This document shows, piece by piece, positions 26,163 to 38,300 of a DNA stretch of 64,000 bases (within the stretch, counting starts at the first letter, position 1; the number at the start of each line of letters is the position of its first letter). The notes beneath the pieces were generated by a model. That model did not search any database. It was not told where the DNA came from and saw only the letters and a program-made list of their open reading frames with translations. This DNA comes from Tubiluchus corallicola (lineage: Eukaryota; Animalia; Priapulida), in contig JAQGDQ010002380.1 in NCBI GenBank assembly GCA_030141605.1, positions 248,001 through 312,000 on the forward strand, given 5' to 3'. The translations under genes were made by a program, and so were the position numbers.

Positions 26163-29100
26163 CACAGATATGACTAAAAGCCAGTCTAAATAAATACTAT
26201 AGTTATGTTAACACACAATATTTACACAATAACATTTTCACTGGTATCTCCCAATCAAAAAATAAGCTTAGCTTCATAAAGTGGCACTGAATACATGGAA
26301 TCCTCAACACTGAATCAGACAGCCGTTTCATAAGAAAACGTTTTCTATTTTCATATGTAACTGCATCATGCTATCATTCCGATATTATGTGCTTTGTACA
26401 GTCATGACAACATAAGTATTCACAATACTTTAAGTACCACGCAAATGTTGCTTATCAAGGCATTTCGACCAATAAGGTGCCAACACAGTGTGTGCAGAAC
26501 CAGTCACTGGATCCTCCGGAATCCCGTTCCAAGGTGTAAAGAAGCGTGAAAAGAAGTCATAACCATCATCGCTGTCATCTCCTTGAAGTGAAATAATTAC
26601 GCCACGTATCACGCCAGTCGAGTCTGATGCCACCATCTTATCAATCTGAGGATTTAGCGACTCCAGATCATTTCTAAATAAATAAACATATTTTTCAGAC
26701 AGGAATACAAAAAAACTCACGCAAAATTTTATTTATACCCTGCTTGCAATCAGCAAGCGACGATGTACAGCCACTGGTATCAGTTAATTTTAAAACAACA
26801 ATAGCGACAACCGACTAACACAGAAATCTTTGACAAGGATGATAAATCTTTTATTCAACAAATTGTAATACAATAATACACAAAGAGTGCCTCTTTTTGC
26901 AGGCAGACGTTTAATAAAGTTTACAGCATAATACAGTGAAATCTTATTTGTTAGCACATTAAAAATAAATAACAATCCATATTAAACTAACTTCATTATG
27001 GGTCCAACATATTTTATATTACATCGCTTCCCATAGCCTCATAGAAGCATTATTTCCCAACTGAAAACAAAGTGGGCTATTCCTTTACCTTACTACACGA
27101 CAAATCTTCATCTTGAGAATAACACAATTTAACAGTTTAATCATTTTGTTATTCGAGCAACACAATAAATTGCTATTATAGAGATCTGCAGTTTCTCGAA
27201 ATAAAAGCATCTTTAATTAAACAAATGAAAGCATCAAAAATTATTGTCTCTTTTACATACAACACAATTGAACACAGTTCTTTATCTCCAATAAAGTACC
27301 ACTACAAATGTGTAGTAAATGGCAAATTTAACATCAAAATCTGTCGTTTGAAACTAAGGACAAGCACAATCGCTCGCCCACTAATGATAACTCTCTTAAC
27401 AATAAAGATTCTCTATTATTATACTGTTCAGAACGTTCAGAGCAAAGTTGCCCCACATTTTACAAATAGTGCACCTCTACTATATTTAGAAACACAAAAG
27501 TTTTACTTACATGTATCGAGTGATTAGCCCCAAAGACTACTTGCAAGTAATTTGAAATAGAAGGGCTACATAATAAGCCAAAAAATATTAATGTCTAACA
27601 GCAGTATAAATGAACGACTAATTTTCAAGCTTTTTTTACATCTAGTCCTTTAATTCAAGCCACCTAGCCCATCATGTCAAAAATTTTACATCATTACATC
27701 GAAATTTTTACCGCTACACTGAAAATAATGAATCATGTGTAGATTTTTTTATTATTTGATTGGAATGGCCCCAACACCTGGGTACAGAAAAACCTACTTT
27801 TTTGTGACTAATTAACAGGATTAGCTTCTAATGATGTAATCCCTAGAAAAGAGCTGAAAAACTCCTGGAACACCCCAAATTAACTAGTCAACTAACAGGA
27901 GCATCTAGATGCCGTAACAGCTTAGAAATGACTACCCATCGTGCAAATGTGTTATAAGCATAGAATTCCTGACATCACAGAATATGGCAGTGACTCATAT
28001 TTCTGCAACTAAAGGTAACAAATCCAATGTGCTATACTCCCAAGTCTTACAGTATACTATATGTGATCCTTTCAACATTGAACCGTACCAATGGTAAATA
28101 TAATGATCTTACGAGAACAAAAGAGTACATACAGTACCTTGTCAAGTTACTATCGAGAACTATCAGTAGTTTCTTGGTCGTTGGTGAATACTGCACATCT
28201 TTTACAGGCAGATTGCCTACACAAACCTGCAAGATTAAAATTAACTTTCACTTGGCATCAGTAAATTCAAATAAAAACACAAAGTGAAATTGTCGAAATT
28301 CTACTATTGAATTCATTTTATTGTTTAAAGTGGTAGCAGTTATTTTTTAAATTACCTTTACTGTGTGTGAGATGGGAAATTATAATGACAATTACTCCTT
28401 CTTTTTTCTTACAATAAGATCTTAGCCTGTGACATTAAATAAATATATGCAGTTAATTACAGCGATACTATGTACAGTGAATAGTGATTGTATTTTCTTC
28501 ATTTACAGTCATACTAAACCTCGCTATAACATAAGGTTTTACAGCTTAAAATCCTACCCCATTTACGAATATTCAATTTACTTTATTATAAACTTACTGT
28601 AAAACTTGTTTCTTTTGATTTTTTATTAAATGGCTGTTAGCGGTATTAAATTCGAAGAACCGCCATTTTTGTTGCGTGAGACGAATGGCGTTATGAGTAA
28701 AGTCACAAAGTCACCAAAGATTGGCAAACAAACATCGGTAACCGAAGACGCTTTCTGTACCTCGTATGTCATTTTAGCTCACTGGTGCCAAACAAGCGAA
28801 ACACTGCAATTTTTACGGTAATGCACGCGTTCGAAATTTGCAAGAAAAAGGTAACTTATTTAATTTATCTCTTTTTTGTTTAATAACAACTATGAATACT
28901 TTATGTAATCATAATAATGTGTTAAGGAAACTTCAGTGTCTGTTGGGGTTATACAGGCCTTTAAAAAATTGAAATGTTTGATACTTAGGCCCTTATACAA
29001 GTCAACTAAAGTTTCAAAGTTGTGGAACTACGAACAACGAATGTAGCATTAGCACAAATTATGCAAATTTAAGTTAAAAATCTTGAAAAATCAACATGCT

Positions 29101-32100
29101 GTGTTTGTTTTCCAATTCAGTAAACTAATCGCAAACAATCGGTACATCTTTGTACTGCATGCATATTAAATGAGCACATTCAATACTCAAAATAAATAAC
29201 TTTGATTAATACTGTTTTTACCTTCAGCAAATCAACAATGGATGACTTATCAAATGGCTGTGGTGGATTGGATGGAAGATCCATTAACAAATATCCATTC
29301 TCTTTCTTCTGCACAGTTAAAGGTCCACTCTTTGTTTCAAAAGTAAGTGAAGGGGATGTATTACCTATTTATAAAAAAATATTTAAAAACTGAACAATGT
29401 GATGTGCACCAGCTATATTCTTGAGGTGTTACTTTTGAGATTTCAGTATAAATGGATATAAACATATTGTGTAATTATGAAGATGACGATGATGATGGTG
29501 ATGATGATGAGATGATAACGATGATGGTGCCAACAGTTAAAAGGGCAATCACTTAGACACTGATGTTACCTGTTTCTATCAAATAAGGTGGTACAACACA
29601 GCACATGTATCACAATCTACTGAAATATTGATGAACTTACAGAAGCTGACATATATTTAGCATTACCAATTGAGAAATATAATACAGCAGCAGTAGCCAG
29701 AGTTGCATGGCCACAGAGAGGAACTTCATTAGTAGGAGTAAACCAGCGCAATCCAAAATGGCTGCCATGCTGAAAATCATTGCTTCCAGGTTGACTTAAC
29801 AATTTTACAAATGCAGTTTCCGATATGTTCATTTCGCTTGCAATACTTTGCATCACCTCTTCTGATAAGTCATCGTGAGCCTAGAAACGACATATACACA
29901 AATAAAAACAAACAAATAGCAAGGAATCTATTTATGATCTACTATCCGATAATTTTTTTATTGCCTTTGTTTCTTTTTTTATTGGGTAGCCAGACTATAA
30001 CAATTTCAGTAGTAATTATAGGGTCAGGTAAAATTTCTTGTTATTGTAAGAGTGCTTTGTCACTGCAATAATTACGTCCACTGTGTAAGACTGTAAGGTG
30101 TCCAAAGTTGATTTGAGGATTGGCTGTTTGGAAGGTCAGCACTCCGCTCAGTCCTTTTCACTATTAATAATTATTTCATGATTACTGATTAATGATACTG
30201 AATAAGAGGGTCGCACTCTAGTTAAAATTTTCAGATAATGCAAAGTTGTACAATCCAATTAACTCTGCAGCGGATTCCCTAATTTTACAGAATGACATTC
30301 AGTAATGGAGTAGGTTAAGTAATGACTGACAATGTTATTTAATGTTGATAAACGTGAGGAAATGCATTGGGGTTTACAGAATCTTAAAAGAAATTACATC
30401 ATGAATGGAAGCAGAATAACTCTTCATAGTACAGATAGTAAAAGCAATATTGGTGCGATAATAACATTAAACTTGAAATTTTCCCAGCAATGTATTGTCG
30501 CTGTCAAAAAAGCAAATAAGAATTTGGGGACGTTTCTAGAAAGAAAGAAATTCTTTTGAAATCACACATTGCTTTGGTTAGGCTTCATTAAAATTAGAAT
30601 GTTAATTTTTTTCCCTTTTGGTAAAAAATAATAGTATAATATAACTGTAATGATTAAAATAAAATGTTAATATAACATTATAATTAATTATTGGTTGCTA
30701 TGTATGGGTAAAGGGGTGACAAATGAACATAAGTTTATTAGACCACGGAAATGGAATAAATTTGATTGTTCCATTCTATAAACAAACCTTATATATAACC
30801 CCCGATAATATCTTTTAATCATAATTACATATCAATATAATATTGATATTCTTAAATAGTGATATTTGTGCTATTTTTCTGGTTTTAATCATGATTAAAA
30901 GATATTAGAATAATAAAAGATTATAAAATACTGACCAAGAAAGAAAACATTTTGCATAAATGTAGATGACAATAAAACTTTTTAAAAAGCGGTAACATTT
31001 TGACATTTGTAAATTTTCATTTCTGTGATAGCAAAATAAATGGAATGGTAATTTGTCTACCATGGTGACTGCCACACCAAGCCTAGTAAAGTTTAAATTT
31101 TTAAATGAAGATTATTTTGTGGAAAAATACGGGGTTTCTAGAAGTGTGCCTGCTTAACTCCTAATCATTACAGCACAACATGCTGCAAAAGGGATGATAA
31201 CATTAATAATAAAATTAACAGCACGATGAATGACAAACTTCCTTACTTGCGAAGTCTAAGACCTAGCCATAACACAGTTATTGACGGTCGCTCCTCAACA
31301 ATTTCCGAAATTGAGGTGTCAACTGTTTCATTATTAAAGTAAATACCCAGACATTTTTTATCAATATGAAAATCAACAACTTAAGCAGAAAACGAAATAT
31401 TGTAATCAAATTCCAGCATTTTTATCCATGGCAGTCAGGTGAATTAATTAATGAAACGTGTTAAATCTCATTTTAAACGTGTTGAACACTTGCGGTACAG
31501 TTTCTACACTCTCCATGCTTCACCTGCGTGTGGTGAATAACGTTGTGGCAGGATGAGGGCGGTCATCCGAAAAGTATTATTGTATGCCGGTACAGGTCTG
31601 CATTTACTGGCTGGCGAACTGCCGCGTGTTAAACTGTTGAAAGTACAGCAGTTTATTTTCATGTTGTGTAACTTTTTCGTATGTTATACGTGTGCAAATA
31701 CCCAGAATTTGTGTAGCAGAGGATGTAGTAAAGCAACAAGCGATGATGACAGTCTTTTTAAGTCTACTGCCATGACGTCATCAGTGCATAGCCGCCCGAG
31801 CGCTGAATTGCGTGTATAAAGCAATTGGCATAAGTAAAATCGAGCAATTATTTATCTAATTACTTAATTATTTTCGAAAAGCGATAAGAATATCATTTCA
31901 ACACATCATCCTTAAACTTTTGCTAAAAATTGCTGATGAGGCTGGGCTTTTACTTTAAGTGAATTCCAAGGGCCCACAACACGAGAAGCGAAGAAATGGG
32001 CTCTCATGTTAGTGCGAGAGCATTGTACAAATAATTTAGAATTGTCCATGTGAATCATGCAGTGGTCTAGAAAAAAATTTGTTGCTACACAAATTGGAAC

Positions 32101-32878
32101 TATCACTAATGACTTTTTAACAGGTAATAAGATCTATAGTATCACGGCGTTGTTCAAGCAAAGATACAAAGTCAGGTTGAATATCAGAGGCCAGAGTAAT
32201 ACACCTCCATTCAGTTCTTTCTAAAGCATTTTTAAAGGTGACATAAGGTGAGTGACATTGTCATACCATTGCTCAATTTCAGACAAGTCTGCTTGTAAGA
32301 TCTCTTGATCAGAGGAATTTCTAATTGGACGGTAAGGCTTTATATCATCAAAAACAGCGGTATACGTGTGTCAGGGGATACACAATCAGTAACATCATTG
32401 ACAAAAATAAGAAAACAATTGGGTCCTGACAAAGTCCCTTGAGGAATGCCACTGGTTATATTTCTCCAGAAAGTGGTTACACCATTTAAACCCATTCTTC
32501 GCTGTTTGTGTGTTAGAAAATATTGAAACCATTGGAGTAGTTTCCCTCTTATACCTGCAAATTCCATTTTTAACACGAGACGACGAAGAGGAACAAAATC
32601 AAATGCTTTTCTAAAATCAATATATAGAATATCAATTGATGGGAGAGAAGGTGCATCAAAGAATTGCGACCAGTCATTTAGGCATTCAAGACTTGTTACA
32701 GTGGAACGTTGTGGTAATCAGCCATGACAAATCTATCCATGTTCAAAATAATGGGGGTAGCTGCAAAGGTGAGTGAGTTATTATTATTGACCTTGTTTTC
32801 CTTATTCAGGCAAACTGCTGCAGGATTTCCAGAAAATGGGTAACTTGTAAATGCATCGACGGTAAATAACGACAACAT
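25119..32878 (-). CDS. PBLD: Phenazine biosynthesis-like domain-containing protein (PhzF/PBLD, diaminopimelate epimerase fold), about 296 aa, 6 exons
   Basis: Exons 32878-32792, 29880-29667, 29364-29222, 28226-28138, 26673-26438, 25240-25119 (891 nt, all GT-AG, phases consistent). Motifs VDAFT..PFSGNPAAVC, IASEMNISETAF, LRWFTPTNEVPLCGHATLATA, FETKSG.L, SRFFTPWNGIPEDPVTGSAHTVLAPYW, ARQCSKRGG. Confidence 0.95.
30110..30600 (+). mobile_element. Highly decayed CR1-type LINE RT fragment
   Basis: Degenerate KFSDNAK (FADD-like region), W.MLFNVDK, and LKFSQQCIVAVKKANKNLG. Confidence 0.6.
31900..32700 (-). mobile_element. CR1-type LINE ORF2 (reverse transcriptase) relic in PBLD intron 1
   Basis: Minus-strand peptides DILYIDFRKAFDFVP, GIRGKLLQWF..FLT, SGIPQGTLSGPNCFLIFVND and the 3' FFASRVVGPWNSL; frameshifted. 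Confidence 0.85.
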
Positions 32879-33359
32879 TCTCAACTTAATTAAGGAAAAG
32901 CTACGTGAAATAAACATTAGCACAAAAACAACGTATGAAAGGCGCAGACATTTTGTAATTGGCTTCTTGTACAGTGCTGCCGCAAAGAAAAATGCGGAGA
33001 AAACCAAAAATGCGCAGTGCATCAACCAGGAGCGGGGAGAATGTAGATTAGCCGTGTTAGGTGTTAGTTTTATCGTTATTCGTGTTACAAGTTGGTCAGA
33101 TTTTATCAATTCGATGACTTTAGGTAACTTAAATTATCCTACTCGCTGTGATTTACTGCACCAAGTGTGATTCTAGAAAGCACTTGTAAAACAGTAAGTC
33201 GATTCTTTAAGTGACGCTGTTGTTATCTCAGTTGGACAGATGCGCCATTTTCATCTTCATTTTAGTGTAACTGATTACTGAACCGTGAAATTTTAGGGAT
33301 TTGTATAATTGGCGGCATATGAAACCCAACCATCGAGAAGGCAGGTGACTTTCACGAAC
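32879..33359. promoter_or_regulatory. Shared divergent promoter / 5' UTR interval between PBLD and calcineurin A
   Basis: Only 481 bp separate the two ATGs. Contains CGCCATTTT (YY1-like, 33243-33251), a possible 5' UTR intron GTAAGT(33194)..TTTTAG(33296), and a uORF at 33319-33348. Confidence 0.6.
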
Positions 33360-35327
33360 ATGGCGAACATAAGTGACAAGTTGCCATGTGCGGAAAGGAT
33401 AGTAAAAAGTAAGTATAATTATTAATGTTTTTTCGATTTGCAGTTGAATGTACAGTTGTACCTCGTACGCTGCACGTAGCTACATGCTGTAGAAATGTAT
33501 ATATTTATTTAGCTGAGACGGGTTTATTTATATTAGGCACAGCTAAGCATAACACTTCGAGTTTTTCAATTTAAGATTGTGATTGCTAAATAAAATGTGA
33601 ACTTTGGTGAGTTAAAGCGTAAACCAATTTTTGCTATATCAAAGTTCACAGTTATAGTAAACTAAAGTGAAACAAGTTGGAGACAGCTGCCTTTTTATAT
33701 ATAGGAATTTCTGGTATTCATTTTTCATTGAATAAAGAAAATTTAAATTAATGCCCAAAAGAATGGATGATTTAAAATGTCTGTAGTCACATCATATTGT
33801 CCACTAATTAAGTGCTTGAATTTTTTATCTAATAATGACCGGTTAACCTTAGCTATTTTAGGCCTAGACGTCAAAGCAAAATTAAGTCCAAGTAAAAAAA
33901 GTAAAAAAGAAACATTCTTTCTTAAAAATAATAATGTTAGATGTTATAAGTGGAGGAATGGATGTTAAGAAGTATTAAGTTAAAGAGTTAGAGAGATATT
34001 TTAGTAGATTGAACATTGTCATTGTTCTTTATACATGTGAATGAACGTTACCCTGGATACATCTGCATACTGATTTCTTGTAAATTATGCATTAGCAGTG
34101 CTGCATCATAGTGCATATAGCCGCAGTGGTTACTGTTTAGCAGGATAGCTGCATTGATGATTGCAAATTTATGCAGGCAAACCTTTCTTGTGTTAAAAAA
34201 ACTGCTTTGGTCATGTCACATTGTGAAACATCATGAAAGATGTTTGTAAAAAAATGTGGTTGCAAAAAGTTGCAAAATAAACCATAGACTGAGGCTAGCC
34301 CCTCAATGTATGTTTCCAATGGATGTATCCTAAATATGCATCCTCTTTTCAGTACTCGTGTTGTTGTTGGTTTTTTCTTTTTCTTCGTAGGCGCTGTACA
34401 TGAAAAAAGGCTTAGGCTTCGACTCTTAAAAGCAGATCCAATAAATTGTTTGGTTTGGGTTGATACTAGAGAATATCATGAATAGACTAATAAAGTTGGA
34501 TTTGTCGTATATGACATGTCTAAGATGGTGATGTTGATGTCATGTTCACAGAAAGCTATTTGAGGTTGTACTATACCTAAACTAATGTAGCGAAATTTTT
34601 CAGAGTGAATCCATAGTTCTTCTATGAGTGCTATAATGACGGTTATAATTAATGATCAATGTTAGTCAAAGTGTAGCTATCATCAAGCCTCTTGTCTGGA
34701 AGAAAGTTCTTAAAGGTTCTCAAAGCTTACTAGCTTCGCAAAATCTTATTTTGGTACTAGGCATTATAATACATGTTTAAAACTATTAGCTACAAGTTTT
34801 GTGCATGCCCTAAGTATTTTTAAGTGAGTAGTCATAAAACTTTAAATTGGCAATAGCAATAAGTGTTTGAAAAAGTTTTGTATTAAAGTAGCAGTTTTGT
34901 TAGTTGCAGTGTTAATGGTAGAGGCAGTAGCAAATAGCAATAGCAGTAATAATAAGAAGGCTAAACTCCGCAAAAAAGTTAGCGCATAACCCACGATGAC
35001 AAACTACACCACACCCACCACACCACGCCACCCACACCCACTACATCATACCGTACCCCCCATGTCACACCCGCAAAACCGTCACTTTAACACGTTACTA
35101 TACTAATACTAATACTATACTACTATACAAATACTCTACTATACTATTTACTATCTATTGTGTGTTTCCTGTAGGCAGTACAGCCATAGCCATTAGCCAA
35201 TGTTTGTGTCCATCTCTGTGAATGGTCTATTCCATGTCATTCAACTGCTTTTCCTAGCTTCACATAGTTATCCCAATTTGCCTGAAGCCTTGTTTTTTAT
35301 TATATGCATATATATATATATATGCTT

Positions 35328-35371
<44 letters not shown>

Positions 35372-38300
35372 TATACTATATACTATATATATATATGCTT
35401 GACTATATATATATATAGTTGAATGACATGGAATATATATACATATAATATTATATTCTGTAAATGCAAAATTATTAATATTAATTTATTTATTAGCCAC
35501 AGTTGCTTGGCAGGTAGTTTTTAAACATTTTTGTGATAGTATGTGTACTTAAATACAATTCTATCAACCGTAGGAGCTGGCGTACAAAATATTTCAAAGT
35601 TAAACCAAAATAAAAAAGAATAAAAATTCGTTTCAAAGTCAAATTCAGAAAAATTTGTTAACCCGAAGTAAAAAAGAGATATTTTGGAGATTTTTGTAAA
35701 ATCACATACGTGAATATTGGCATCTTCGGGACACAAATAGCCTTCTGGTTTGTTTAATGGTCTGAGTCACACTGGTATTCATGACATAGATTAACTTACA
35801 AAATCACACGTGAGAATGACGATATGATACTTTTTGCCTAAATTTTGTTATTTTAGAAAAGTTAAATATTCGTGTTTCTCGTGTCATTTTACACTGTGCA
35901 GTATGTAGCTGTGCTATGAGGAAGTGTAAATAATACACATATGATCACACCACTATGAAGCACAAGGGTACATGGCCTCTTCGTTTGGAAATCGTGTTAT
36001 TACTGTCTAATATAATACTTTGGTCTTTTAACCTTTAGATTTTGAAAGTCGATAAATGAATCTTTTGCATTTTCAGTTTATTAAACTTCACCTTATTGTT
36101 AGTAGTTTGGCTGCAAGGGCAAAAAGAATTTATGCATGCTTTACTTTTATTATAAATGATTTTTACAATTGTAACTCCAGACTTCCACACTTAATGTTAG
36201 GGATTTAAAAAATAAGTCTTTAAAATAGTATGAATAGCGTCTTAAATGATACAAGGCTGTGAGTTCAAGTTTTAATTTGAATTTGTTAAATTTTGTGATT
36301 GACATTCATAAAATTTAGTCATGTGCTATAAAATTGTTCATAAAGAGCTATATCTAAATGTTGACAAACTTGTCAACAAAACCAAAAGTAACCATTCGCT
36401 CAAACTCTTTGTTAGGCGTACTGCAAAAAAAGCTTTTGCTGACTTTTTCTCGAACAAGGTTGTCCCTATCTGGAATAGCTTACCCGCACAACTAAATGGA
36501 TTTCCACTTGTAACAGCACAGACCCAAAACATTTTAAAACTAGGTTAGATGCTGTGGACTTAATTGGATTTTTGCTTTTTGATTGGCTCTTATAAGCAAG
36601 TAATTCAGCCTCTGAGCGTCTCCCCAACATCATAAATTCGATGATTTTTTTATGTAAACACTTGCTTTTTAATTATGGTTTGTGTGTGATGTGAAAATAA
36701 ATTAAATTAAAATTTAAAAAATTAAAACTCTTTTATACTTTCAAAACTGCATGAAATTTGCATGTAGTTTATTGCCACCAGGCAGCTGTTATATGTAGTT
36801 TTAAATCTGTATGTAATCGTTATATTAATTAATTTTAGCGGCAATGTCACAAAAAGTGCTTTGATTACCCATATATAGTGTTCTGCTAATGGACCGTAGT
36901 GCTAGTGAACCAAAAAAATCGATTTTTTGCATAGGATAAGTGATTTTAAATGAACCAATGACGTGGTTAAATGAACAGCAAATTCCGAAAAAATGATAAG
37001 GGAAAAAGATTACTGTATTACCATAGTTCATGAATGACACTTGGCTGATGGGGGCCCATGTACTGAAGCCGTCATATGTACAGCAGGCAGCTAGGTTCTA
37101 TTTTGGGTTTGCGGTTTCTGCCCTGTTTAACATCATTAGGCTGAAGATTTTCACAGCATCCCATGACCTACGCGTCTTAGTCGTGAAATTGTATGCCAGG
37201 GTGAGAAATTGTCGAATCAAAATCTGAAGTTTAATTTGATTTATTTGTTGCTAGCTACTCATTAGAAACTCAGGACTTACAAGCGCTGCTGCAATTATGC
37301 TATGTGATTAAATTTATGCAGGGTACCAGAGGCTGGACATCCTTTTACCACATCAGATATGTGAAGACCCTTTCAAAAACGTCAGCATTTGAATAATGTA
37401 CAACTATGAATATTGCTCTAAATATGATAGACATTTAGGATAACTTAGCTTAAACTGTGTGCTTTATTTGTAGTGTAAAGCTTTTAAATCAGTCTTAAAA
37501 TTTTTCAAATGGTCTACTCTTAAACTTTCTACCAACTAACGCTACCTGAATAACAAGATTGAAAATCACAAATGTATAAAAAAAAGTTTTCTATTTTGAG
37601 CTGTCTCCCTGATAATGCAATATGTAAAGTGAACCAATATCAGTCTTCTTCAACATAAGAAGTTGAGTATTTTTCTTATGACAAAAATTTCTGCAGAAAT
37701 CAGACTGCGAGAGTTTATAAACCATTAACTTTAAGTTTTTTAATGTATGACTTCACTAACTTATGTGACCATTTAGTAAATTTAAATTAAAAAAACGTTA
37801 AAGAAATTAAAATGTAGATCCACTGAATAAAAAATCCCACAGTTAAAAAACAAGGAAAAGGTAAGTTCTAAGCACAACGTTTCGAAAAAAATTCTTTTTT
37901 GTACCTTTGTATTCACCTAAAAAACTACTATAGTGGTTCGAAACGTCACGCACTTTCTTTGTTCTTTCTTGTTTTTTCTTATTTTTTTTGGTCACTGTCG
38001 CAGTTCTTGTTACTAAGAATACTATTGCATATATTGATAAATTCGGTACATTTTTTTCCACAATAGGGGCCATTATAGGGCTATATACCAGCTAAAAATT
38101 AAACACAATTTACACAGAGTAAAATATTTAAGGCCTTTTTTGATCATGAATTTTCCGTGCCATAAATGTTCTCATTGACTTTAGGTTACATTTTTAACAT
38201 TATTGCTCATCTTGAAAACGTGAACATAATAAATTAAATTTAAGCCACCTCTAATCTCCTCGTCACCCGTGGCCCGCATGTGACCTTCTCTTGGCTGAGT

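Noticed and set aside
17144-32878. Horizontally acquired phenazine/polyketide biosynthetic cluster (SRPBCC + PhzF-like genes)
   Set aside because: Both genes have ordinary spliceosomal introns, PBLD is widespread in animals, and no other pathway genes are present in the window.
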